A DNA stretch of 64,000 nt from Phyllobates terribilis. Taxonomy: Eukaryota. Shown here one piece after another: positions 1 to 11,000 of the stretch. A program made the translations under genes and the position numbers. Every line of letters starts with the position of its first letter. Within the stretch, counting starts at the first letter, position 1. The notes under the pieces were generated by a model. That model ran no database searches. It had not been told where the DNA came from and worked only from the letters and a program-made list of their open reading frames with translations. The DNA is taken from assembly GCF_046119375.1 (NCBI RefSeq), contig NW_027362817.1, forward strand, positions 3,658,001 to 3,722,000, given 5' to 3'.

Positions 1-1302
1 GACTGCCTATATGATGATGTCATGTGTTTGGAAGCTTCTGTTAAGTTTTGTGGAAATATCTGAGTTAATTAGAGACACACCTGTGGATGTATTTTAATGC
101 ACACCTGAAACACACTGCTTCTTTGTGTAGCATCATGGGAAAGTCTAAAGAAATCAGCCAAGATATCAGGAAGAGAATTGTGGACTTGCACATGTCTGGC
201 TCATCTTTGGTACAATTTCAAGATACCTGAAGGTGCCTTGTTCATCTGTACAAACAATTATATGCACATACAAACAAGATGGGAATGTCCAGCCATCATA
301 CTGCTCAGGAAGGAGACGGGTTCTGTGTCCCAGAGATGAACGTGCTTTGGTCCGACATATGCATATCAACCCAAGGAAAAAAGCAAAAAGACCTTGTGAA
401 AATGATGTAACGGATGTGTCAGATGTGACAGACAGTCTCTCTGCAGTTGGCTGCACAAGATCTCTTCATTTGGCATTGCAGACACCTTTTAAAATCTGTC
501 TTACTTTAGGACCCAGCGGCTACCTTCCTCCTGCTCTAATTGACACGCTGGCCTGGCTGTTTAAATACTTTGTTTGCTACAGGGAGGTGCCGGTGTTAAT
601 CACATGTTCCCTTGTGAAGTTTTGGAGCTGCTTACTTCCTCGCTGAAGTTGGCTCAAGCTAAGTTGCTTCCCTGTTGTCTTTAGTTGATGGTGGGGACCG
701 ACCACTGCTCAACCCCCCCTTCCCTATCTATGGCCTTCAATACTGAAGCAACATCTCAAGACATCAGCCAGGAAGTTAAAGCTTGGGCGGAAATGGGTCT
801 TCCAAATGGACAATGACCCGAAGCATACTGCCAAAATGGTAACAAAGTGGCTTAAGGATAACAAAGTCAATGTTTTGGAGTGGCCATCACAAAGCTCTGA
901 TCTCAATCCTATTGAAAATTTATGGGCAAAGCTGAAAAGGCAGTGGGAGCAAGGCGACCTACGAACCTGGATCAGTTACACCAGTTTTGTCAGGAGGAAT
1001 GGGCCCAAATTCCAACCAACTAGTGTGAGAAGCTTGTGGAAGGATATCCCAAGTCATTCAGTTCAAGGGCAATGGTACCAAATACTAATGAAATTTATGT
1101 AAACTTTTGACTTTGCAGTAAGTAATAAAAAATGCCTTAAAACATTCTCTCATGATTCTGGCATTTGGCAAAATATTAAAAATCCTGGTAATCCTAATTG
1201 ACCTAAAACGGGAAAGGTTTATTCTGATTTCATGTCAGATATTGATGAAAACATGCATTTGTGTCTTTTTATATAGTGTATGTAAACTTCTGGTTTCAAC
1301 TG
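1..1302 (+). mobile_element. Tc1/mariner DNA transposon (Sleeping Beauty-like TIR), degenerate, left end outside window
   Basis: Transposase N-terminus MGKSKEISQDIRKRIVDLH from ATG 135 (frameshifted). C-terminus QMDNDPKHTAK...WPSQSSDLNPIENLW at 806-950. Right end GTGTATGTAAACTTCTGGTTTCAACTG ends 1302 and is followed by TA. The middle of the ORF is missing. Confidence 0.9.
406..735. mobile_element. LTR-like fragment replacing the centre of the Tc1 transposase
   Basis: Starts TGTAAC. Unrelated to the transposase on either side; transposase sequence resumes near 735 far downstream in the ORF. Confidence 0.4.
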
Positions 1303-1424
1303 TACAAGAGGCATCACCATTTTTATTTAAATAAATTAATTTTTCCTATTTTCCTCCTCAAAATTTGAGGTGCGTCTTATGGTCCAGTGCATCTTATAGT
1401 CTGCAAAATATGGTGATAAAATAT

Positions 1425-3935
1425 TGTGGCGTGGTGAGGTAACACAGGAACAGTTTCCATTTAAATATCCAGGCTGGTTTATTGGTGCATCATAAAACAT
1501 GCCACAAGCAAGGGAAAATAAATGGCCTTTCAGTGCAGGCAAAATAAAGTAAACAGTTCCAACAAAGTCACTTTAGAGACAGTCCAGGAAACACAGGCTG
1601 GGCAGCATCCAGCATACCGGCTCAGTCTGGAGACGTCACACAGGAGGTCTTCTTACCTCCAAACACAGGCCATGTGTGAAACAAACAGACTCCATTTAGA
1701 ATGTGAACCACATCCAGAGGTGGAGTATATGGGAAGTCAAACCTGCCCCTCTCTCAGGCTGCCCGTAAACCTAACCCAGATGCACAAAACAAGCCTCTTA
1801 GTACTATGTGCATTACAGCATTACTCCAAGTTTACATCACAGAGGACAACCACCTCCGTGATACATACCTCCCATCAACTATGTGTCCGGTAGCCACCTT
1901 ACATACCTCCCCCTCGGCCTAAAGCCATGGGGCTTTGCACCTTTAACCACTAGACACGGAATTCTTGAGAGGTCATTGGTATTACCATGTAACTTCCCGG
2001 CTCTATGTTCCACATGGAAGCTGAAATCCTGCAGGGCTAAAAACCAGCGGGTAGGTAATTAGAGCGTTTTTCCCCTTTTTCTCCCTCAACCACCTGCGTC
2101 TGGCATGGTCTCATACTAATTCAATTTTTTGCCCTAACAGATAGCATTGTAAAGTGTCCACTGGCCACTTTATGGCAATGCATTCCTTTTCTACGATGGA
2201 ATAATTCTTCTCAGATGCCGACGGTATCCTACTCAGGTAGAAGCCGGGGGCCTCCAGAACCAGAAAATTACACAGAGGTACTTTTCAGTTCTTGAAAGGC
2301 CATCTCCGCCTCTGCAGACCATTTGGCCATAGCGGATTCCGTCCCCTTAAGGAGGCCGGTCAGAGTTGCGGCCATCATGGCAAAGTTTAGGAGGAATCTC
2401 CTGTAGTAACACACGATTTCCAGAAAGGAGCATCAGTCAGGTGTAGAGAAAGCGGTTTACCCTTGGCTTGTTGTGACATACCTTGCAGGCCTAAGTCTCT
2501 CGATCAGCTCATCAACACGTGGCATCGGATATGCGTCGAACTTGGAGACTTCATTCAGCTTCCTATAATCGTTAAAGAACCTCCATTCACCATGCGGTTT
2601 TGAAACCAGGACAATCGGGCTGGACCACACGCTCTTGGATTCCTCAATGACTCCAAGCTTCAGAATACGCTTTACTTCCTTGGATATCAGCTCTCGCTGG
2701 GCCTCAAAAATTCGATAGGGCTTCAAGTTCACCCGCACATGGGATTACGTCAGAACCTCGTGTTCTATGATCTTTGTACACCCTGGCTTAACTGAGAACA
2801 GGTCCCTGGTCCGCTGCAGCAACTCCCGACACTGCTGTTTTTGGGCCTCCGACAGCATCTCCGCTATTGCAACTCCTTCAACGTCTGCTTCTAGCTTGAC
2901 AAGCAAACATGGAGTTTCAAAGGGCTCCTTATCTTGCCACGGCTCTTGATAAGATTGAAGTGGTACACTTGGTACGGTTTTCGTATTGCTGGTTGATGAA
3001 CTTGTAGTTCACTTCAGCACCTCATAGAGGCCTTGCTATTTGGCCAAGAACTTAACTCTCCACGGTGGGTATTACTACGAGGACTTGGACCCCAGGGCTG
3101 AACTGCCTCATTCTAGCTGAATGGTTGTAGATCCTAGCATAAGCCTCTCGTGCCTGGAGATGTCTTTTTCCGATGGGCATCACCATTGCAATCTTCTCCT
3201 GTATCTGGGCAAACAAAGTCCCAGCCTATGATAATGGGGTGCAATAAGTTCTGGACTACGCCGACCTCGTGGGACTCAGTACTTGGGCTGTTTCAATGTC
3301 CAGTCTGACCAATGGATAGTCTTAAGCATCCCTGTGAATGCAGCGGATGCCAACCTATTTCCCAGGGATCAGCTGGAGAGCAAGTGTGCCCCTCACGAGG
3401 GCACACTCCCTGGGTCTAGCAGACCAGTCCCCTTTACGGGACAAACCTGTGGACCCTTGCTGTGTGGACAATTCACACTACAGGCCAGATAAACATATTA
3501 TCAACTGCGGCGTCCCAGGCTACAGTCCATGTGCTCGGAGATCAGGGGACAACGGGTGGTTATATGGCATGGGCCGTGACATTTCCAGCATATATAGCCA
3601 ACTAGGACCTTTGTCATTACCTCCTTCACCCCTTTAGACCTTGGACGCCCACCCCCATTTGGGCCTCTGCCCCCTGTTAGGACCCCCAGTTTGGAGTTTG
3701 CCTCAAAACGGAACCCTCGACCCCCTATTGGTCTCGAAAAGGAATGCATGAACCGGTCCATCAACACTCGCTCTACCATTAGTGCAGGGGTAGAGGACTC
3801 CAGCTGCAACCATTTTTGGACCGGGTGCAGCAGATAAAACATTTTGGAGCAAGAGGGTTCATCACAATGATATGCCCAGCGGTGGACCCGTTGTGCCCTA
3901 ACAGTCGCTGTCAACCCCGAGCACGCCAAAATTAT
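1425..3935 (-). mobile_element. Gypsy LTR retrotransposon, Gmr1-like (integrase before RT), degenerate, 5'-truncated and internally deleted
   Basis: Minus-strand order: gag with Zn knuckle CWKCHGPCHITTRC (3959-3501), protease remnant, integrase C-terminus (ESKFLAKWQG..YEV, ~3130-2990), RT (KPYRI...WSSPIVLVSKPHGEWRFFNDYRKLN..DAYPMPRVDELIE, 2738-2457), RNase H remnant (YSIVEKECIAIKW), PPT GAGGGGGAGGTA (1915-1904), 3' LTR 1903-1425 with TG...CA ends. Confidence 0.9.
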
Positions 3936-4940
3936 GTGCAAAAACAACATTTTTATCATCTTGATCTGATGTTTGTCTGAGATTTTTGAATGGTCTGTGC
4001 ATATGTAAATATTTAGTAAAAAAAAAACATAAAAAATTATATATCTTCCTCACTTTCCAGAAGCCTGCTTTTCTCCTGAAGGGTCTCTGGTTGGTTCAAA
4101 CACTTAAATAAATAGGTAGTACGGGAGAAAGGGGCATGAATATACAACATCAGCACAGGAAAGGTAAAAAAAAACATCTAAAACGTACAAGTTATACAGC
4201 ATTTCTGGCTGTACTACATCTAAAAACACATCTATAGCTGTCTAAGGAGTAATTGGGATTTTGTTAATCAGATACACTCTCCATATTACTATTATAGATA
4301 ATTTTGTTTATTATTGACATCACAATATACACCATTGGTATTAATAATAGAACTCAGTAAAGACCAGTAAATATTGCATATGTACAGTATAATACAATAG
4401 ATGTTGGAAGTAGTGACCCGTACTTTGAACAAGATATGTTTGTAAAAATCTTGCTTCAGACATCAAAGAAAGTTTCTGGCTGTGGGTCAACCATCCTGAA
4501 CTTGACAGCCTCAAATGAATATATGAGGCTGTCAGGTCAGGAGACTTGCGGCCAGTCCATGCATGCTTCATGGAGGTCTGAAATTGGCCTTACTCACCTA
4601 CTCAGTTCCCTGCCGCATCAATGGTCTTTGCTGATCCTGCAGCAATCACATCTCTCATTTATGTTTCTGTTACAACCAATTACTAACCTCAGCGGTGATG
4701 TGCTATACATGCAAGGGTCAATAATGAACAAGTGGCTGCTGCGGTCATGTGAATGATAGACATGATGTCATTACTGCAGGACCCACAGAGACTGCTGAAG
4801 CGGAGCGTGGATTTAATACGCAAGTACTCTAATTTATTTTAACACTTTTCCTCTCTAAGAATATTATTTTTAAAAATCCTTCAACAACCTCTTCAAAATC
4901 TAAGGAAAAAGTAATTTTGCAAATAATTACACTTATTTAC

Positions 4941-5018
4941 CTGAAAAGTAACTCCATCAGGAAAGCGTGTTTGTAATTCTGAAGGAAAGTATCCATCCAT
5001 GATATCTCTCAGACATTG
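4941..5018 (-). CDS. UBXN11: UBXN11 exon 9 (SEP domain; QCLRDIMDGYFPSELQTRFPDGVTFQ)
   Basis: ttttatatttcag|CAA...TTTCAG|gtaaat; 78 bp, phase 0-0. Confidence 0.93.
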
Positions 5019-8000
5019 CTGAAATATAAAAACTCATCAACACTTGTTAGTCAAGTAGTGTTTTCTCAAACTTTTATTAGACTTGCCTCGCACTCTCGTA
5101 CCTGTGTTGATGGCTCTTGGTAGGAGCGAAATGGCCCTTGGAACATGATGATTCCATTTTTATATAAAGTGAGTGGAACAGGCTCAGGAAGCCTCAGACA
5201 TGCTGCCCCCTCTTTATACTCTATATGTGATACACCTTCTCCTCCCAAGAGATTCAAGTCTCGCAGATTCTCAAGGACCAGATCAAAATCTGGTTGGAAA
5301 ATGTAAAAAGAAGGTCCTGTGCATTTACACAAAAAATATTTTTAAATGTGAATATTTGTTATATTTCAGTTTCCAGCTTATTGTGTTCCAGAATTTGGAG
5401 GTTGCAATATATCATTGACATTAGTCACCTGCACTGCTATCCAGGGTCTCCTGTTCAGAAGCTTCTGATGAACCATCATCTCCAACCCAAATAAGTCCAT
5501 AATCACTAAGAAATCGCTGAGTGTAAAAAAGCAAAAAGATAAATCTTTAATGCAAAAGATTTGCCTAGGGCTAAAATGTACATATTGTTAAAAAAATCAA
5601 TCTTTATATAACTAGAAATGTGTATTTAAAATGCATCCAGAAATGCGTCTAACCTAAATATTTCAGGTCTCTAACTACACTCATCATTTCTGGTAATGTT
5701 ATAATGTGCCTGCCATATAATCTTATGGTGTGAGATGTAAGGAAAAGAAGCAAATTGTTCAGAGCTTCACACTAGAACGAGCCAGCATACTCAGCAGTTA
5801 CAGAGAGAACATTAAAGAGGTTGTCCAGGACTTTTATAAAGGGCCTAAAAAGTTACAGCCATGCAGTTGGTAAGTGACTGCCTGTTGTACCCAATGCTGG
5901 CTTAGAGTGGTCACCAACCGTTCCTTCCAGAGATTTAACTGCTCCATGTCAACAGAGCAGCTCTTCTTCTTGGCTGCTCTGTCGACAGAGGGCGAATGCA
6001 GACATCATGCTTATGGACAGCCAGCTTCCCACAGTTAGGCAACAGGGAGCCAACTATCGGTCAGCATGACAACGGTAGCCACACCTCATCAACAGAGCAG
6101 AGCAGAAGAGAAGCTGCTGCTCTGTCGACGTTGCTGAGCCACTGAATCGCCTGCCAGGAGCGGTCAGTGTTCGCTCTGTGCCGGCAGAGATTGGGTACGG
6201 GCACAACAGGCAGCTAGGTAGCAACGACTTGCCTGTTAGTCTTGGACAACCCCTTTAAAATGTACCTTCATTTACACAGAAAAACTATCATACTGGAGGC
6301 TGCACTAGAAACCTTTTCCAAAAATCTGTTTCATTTTGCAATGTACAGTACAGACCAAAAGTTTGGACACACCTTCTCATTTAAAGATTTTTCTGTGTGA
6401 AAATGATACATTCACACTGAAGGCATCAAAACTATGAATTAACACATGTGGAATTATATACTTAACAAAAAAGTGTGAAACAGCTGAAAATATGTCTTAA
6501 ATTCTAGGTTCTTCAAAGTAGCCACCTTTTGCTTTGAGGACAGCTTTGTACACTCTTGGCATTCTCTTGATGAGCTTCAAGGAGGTAGTCACCGGAAATG
6601 GTCTTGAAGGAGGTTCCCAGAGATGCTTAGCACTTGTTGGCCCTTTTGCCTTCACTCTGCGGTCTAGCTCACCCCAAACCATCTCGATTGGGTTCAGGTC
6701 TGGTGACTGTGGAGGCCACGTCATCTGGCGTAGCACCCCATCACTCTCCTTCTTGGTCAAATAGCCCTTACACAGCCTGGAGGTGTGTTTGGGGTCATTG
6801 TGCTGTTGAAAATTTTTTAAGGTCCAACTAAACGCAAACCGGATGGAATAGCATGCAAGATGCTGTGGTAGCCATGCTGGTTCAGTATGCCTTCAATTTT
6901 GAATAAATCCCCAACAGTGTCACCAGCAAAGCACCCCCACACCATCACACCTCCTCCTCCTTGCTTCACGGTTGTAAGCAGGCATGTAGAGTCCATCCGT
7001 TCACCTTTTCTGCGTCGCACAAAGACACGGTGGTTGGAACCAAAGATCTCTAATTTGGACTCATTAGACCAAAGCACAGATTTCCACTGGTCTAATGTCC
7101 ATTCCTTGTGTTCTTTAGCCCAAACAAGTCTCTTCTGCTTGTTGCCTGTCCTTAGCAGTGGTTTCCTAGCAGCTATTTTACCATGAAGGCCTGCTGCACA
7201 AAGTCTCCTCTTTACAGTTGTTGAAGAGATGTGTCTGCTGCTAGAACTCTGTGTGGCATTGACCTGGTCTCTAATCTGAGCTGCTGTTAACCTGCAATTT
7301 CTGAGGCTGGTAACTCGGATAAACTTATCCTCAGAAGCAGAGGTGACTCTTGGTCTTCCTTTGATGGGGCGGTCCTCATGTGAGCCAGTTTCTTTCTTGC
7401 GCTTGATTGTGTCCCCAAGTGCAGTTGCAAAATCATTCAAAGTTTGCCCAATTTTTTGGACTGACTGACCTTCACTTCTTAAAGTAATGATGGCCACTCG
7501 TTTTCTTTACTTAGCTGCTTTTTTCTTGCCATAATACAAATTCTAACAGTCTATTCAGTAGGACTATCAGCTGTGTATCCACCAGATTTCTGCACAACAC
7601 AACTGATGGTCCCAACCCCATTTATAAGGTAAGAAATCCCACTTATTAAACCTGAGAGGGCACACCTGTGAAGTGAAAACCATTTCCGGTGACTACCTCT
7701 TGAACCTCATCAAGAGAATGCCAAGAGTGTGCAAAGCAGTCATCAAAGCAAAAGGTGGCTACTTTAAAGAACCTAGAATATAAGACATATTTTCAGTTGT
7801 TTCACACTTTTTTGTTAGGTATATAATTCCACATGTGTTAATTCATAGTTTTGATGCCTTCAGTGTGAATGTACAATTTTCATAGTCATGAAAATACAGA
7901 AAAATCTTTAAATGAGAAGATGTGTCCAAACTTTTGGTCTGTACTGTATAATGAATGATGTCGTCTAGATTTTAATCGCTAGTGCTGTAATACGATTGTA

Positions 8001-11000
8001 CGGTGGTAAAAATGAAGCCTACTGTGTAAGACTTCACAGACAATTGGTCATTCTGCCATTACTGCTAATGGAAATGGTTTTGAGATACGCTTTAAGTAAA
8101 GGATTCTAAACGATCTGAAAGCTTAATGTACATGCTGTTCCTAGTGTGGAACTCTGATAAATCAGCTACCTTCCACCTCCACTCCCCTCTCCCTTCTCAC
8201 AGTATAAGTCTCATATACTGAATAGGCAATGAGACAGTAATATACTGTAAATAGATAAGACTGTCTAACAATAGACAAATTAGTGAGATTTTTGAATATT
8301 TACAGTGAGCCTAGTTGTAAGGAAAAGGGAACTACAAAATGCTGGAAGGTGAAGAAGATGCCACTCGCCACTAACTAAAGGTTTATGCGCACAATAAAAC
8401 ACAAATCTATGTATAACAACTATAACAGATATGCTATAACACTCATACATTAAAGAGCACAAGCTATCTGCCACTAATCTTTATTAGGTAACATTGACTA
8501 GTGATGTGATAATGCTGCTTCTTTACTGCAATGCATGAAAACCATGAACAGTGATGTGGAATAAATACAAATAATGGGAAATAGTTAACATAATGTTGTT
8601 AAAGAGGATCTTTCACCAAATTTTTCACATTGAACTTGACACGCGATGTAATAGTGACTACAGAGCAAAATAATTTTTTTTTACCTTTCTGTTGCAGATA
8701 TTAGTAACGGAAGTACTTCGCACTGTGAGGCAGTGACTGGGATTGTATACGAGGGACGTTATATATCCCCCAGAATGTGTACAGAGACCTATTAAATCCA
8801 TTGGAGTGCATTGCAGTCACAGACACACCTGCGGCTGCAATGCAGGAATGAACGTGAGCATTGACCTGGTCAGGCTATCTGGCTAAGGCAGATTAGTAAA
8901 GCCCGGCAGGGCCTTCATTTCTTGGGGGAGGCTACAGGAAGGCAGTGGGCCTCCTCCCTCCAACCCGAGTTTTCCAGTGGCTCTTGCCACAGGTCCTTTA
9001 AAATCCCTGCAATAAGGATTAGTGTTGTTCTATGTTGGAACCTGCTAGGAGCATAGCAGGAAAGCTCAGCAGGATTGAGTGTGGCTGAACCCATGCCTGG
9101 GAAGGCTCTGCACCTGTCAGGCTCTGAGCGGCCTGGCACGGCCATTGTCCACAGCAACCATTGTTTATGGACTCATGTTAACCCAGCTGTGAACCGGAGG
9201 ACTTTCTGTTTACCCGTAAGTTGCTGAATAAAAGCTGTTTATGTTGGACTAGCTTGGGTCACTGCCTCAGTTACTGCACGTTGTGAACACCACCGCCTTA
9301 CAGCACCTAATATGTTAATGTCATGGGTTTACCATGACAGACAGGAGCCAGGAGATAATGCCGTCTGATTTCTCCTAATTTTGCACTGTTTAGTAGCATT
9401 TCAACTTCATATTAAACTGTGCAGGTTTCCTCTAGCAGTGCAGGGGTTAAGCTGTTCAGTTCTGAACTCCTGAAAGCTTTCTTGGGTGATGCTCTCAGCT
9501 AATAAATACTTCCCTCTCCTATATATACTGGACTCTGGCAAGCAGGCATTGCCAGAGTTAGCTTCATGCTGCATGATTCAAGAGTTGGTGGATTTAGCTA
9601 AACACTGTTGCTTGGTTTTAGTTGTGTGCAAATACTCTCCTACTTTGGTTTTCCCCTTCCTTCACTCCCGGTGTTTCCCTTTGTTGTTTGTGAGAGCTGT
9701 GACAGGGTCACTGGTGTTATATGTGAGGGGAGGTATGTGTCACTACGGCTGCTAGCCTGTGTGAACTGAACCTACAACTTTTCCCCAGCATGTTATATGT
9801 TGAGGGTGTAATCACCATTGTGAAGCGAGTGGTTTTGTGTGAATGGCATAGAGATCGGGTGGGAAGTCATTCACCCTACCTCCCCTCAGGGTGTGGCTGA
9901 GCAAGGTTAAATGCTCAGACACTTTTTTTTCTCTGGTGTGATCTGGAGAGTCAAGTTTGCAGATGTGTGTAGAAGCTAGAGAGCTCCACTAAAGGAGTTT
10001 GCCTGAACGGCTTGTGATACAGAGAGTGGGTGGAACCCGCTCACTTATGTACTGTGCTATACTTAATGTTTTTCCGTTACGCCGGAAAGGCCGTGTTTAT
10101 TTTGATGAATCTGCAGTGCTTATGCAGCTACAATAAACGTGCAGAAGAAACAGTGTCCTGAGTCTACGTCTGGAAGCAGTCGAGTGAGGAGTCTTGCCAC
10201 AGTTCGTGCGAGAGTGCGTGCAAGATTCCAGGAACACGTGTACCTGCCACAGAGACCTGTGGATGTGCTAGGTAAAGGCCGCCAGCCAGCGATGTCCAGC
10301 AGCATGGATGAGCTCCTTAAGCACTTGCTGCAAAGTCAGCAGCAGCAACACCAGCAATATTTGCAGAGCCAGCAGAGGCTACAACAGCAGCACCGTGAGC
10401 AGCAGCAAATGCAGCAGGAAATTAATAAACTCCTGATACAGCAGCTCCAACAACAACAATGGCAGATGGATCTCCTGGCAGAGGATCTCCTGGCAGAGGA
10501 AATCCGCACCAGAGAAACCGCCCCTCCCCTAACTCCAGATGATGTCTCCTGCATCCGGAAGCGGTAAGGCGAGAGATGCAAAAGATAACCCCAGGGGCAA
10601 TGTTGAGGCATTTCTGACTGTTTTAGAAAGGGTAGCAGAGCGTAAAAAGCTGCCACTGGAGCAGTGGGCGGAGGTACTGGCCCCCTATTTAACGGGTGAA
10701 CCCCAAAATGCCTACTATGACCTGGCCCTACAGGATACCCAGGAGTATGCCAAAGTAAAAACAGATATTGGCACGCTCAGGAGTGACTGTCAGTCAGAGC
10801 GCAAAGGGTCCACCGCTGGGCGTATAGTAGTGACAAACCACCCAGGTCACAAATGTTTGACTTGCTACATCTAGTCTAGAAGTGGCTGCAGCCAGAGTCT
10901 TCCTCTCCTGCCCAGATGGTTGAGTGTGTGGTGATGGACAGGTTCATCCATTCCCTACCCAGGCAGATGCAGACCTGGGTGGCTCAGGGCGACCCTCAGA

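Noticed and set aside
5360-5428. KFW-like peptide in UBXN11 intron 7 resembling human KKFWKPG
   Set aside because: Two in-frame stops separate it from exon 7 and it has no convincing acceptor; probably chance.
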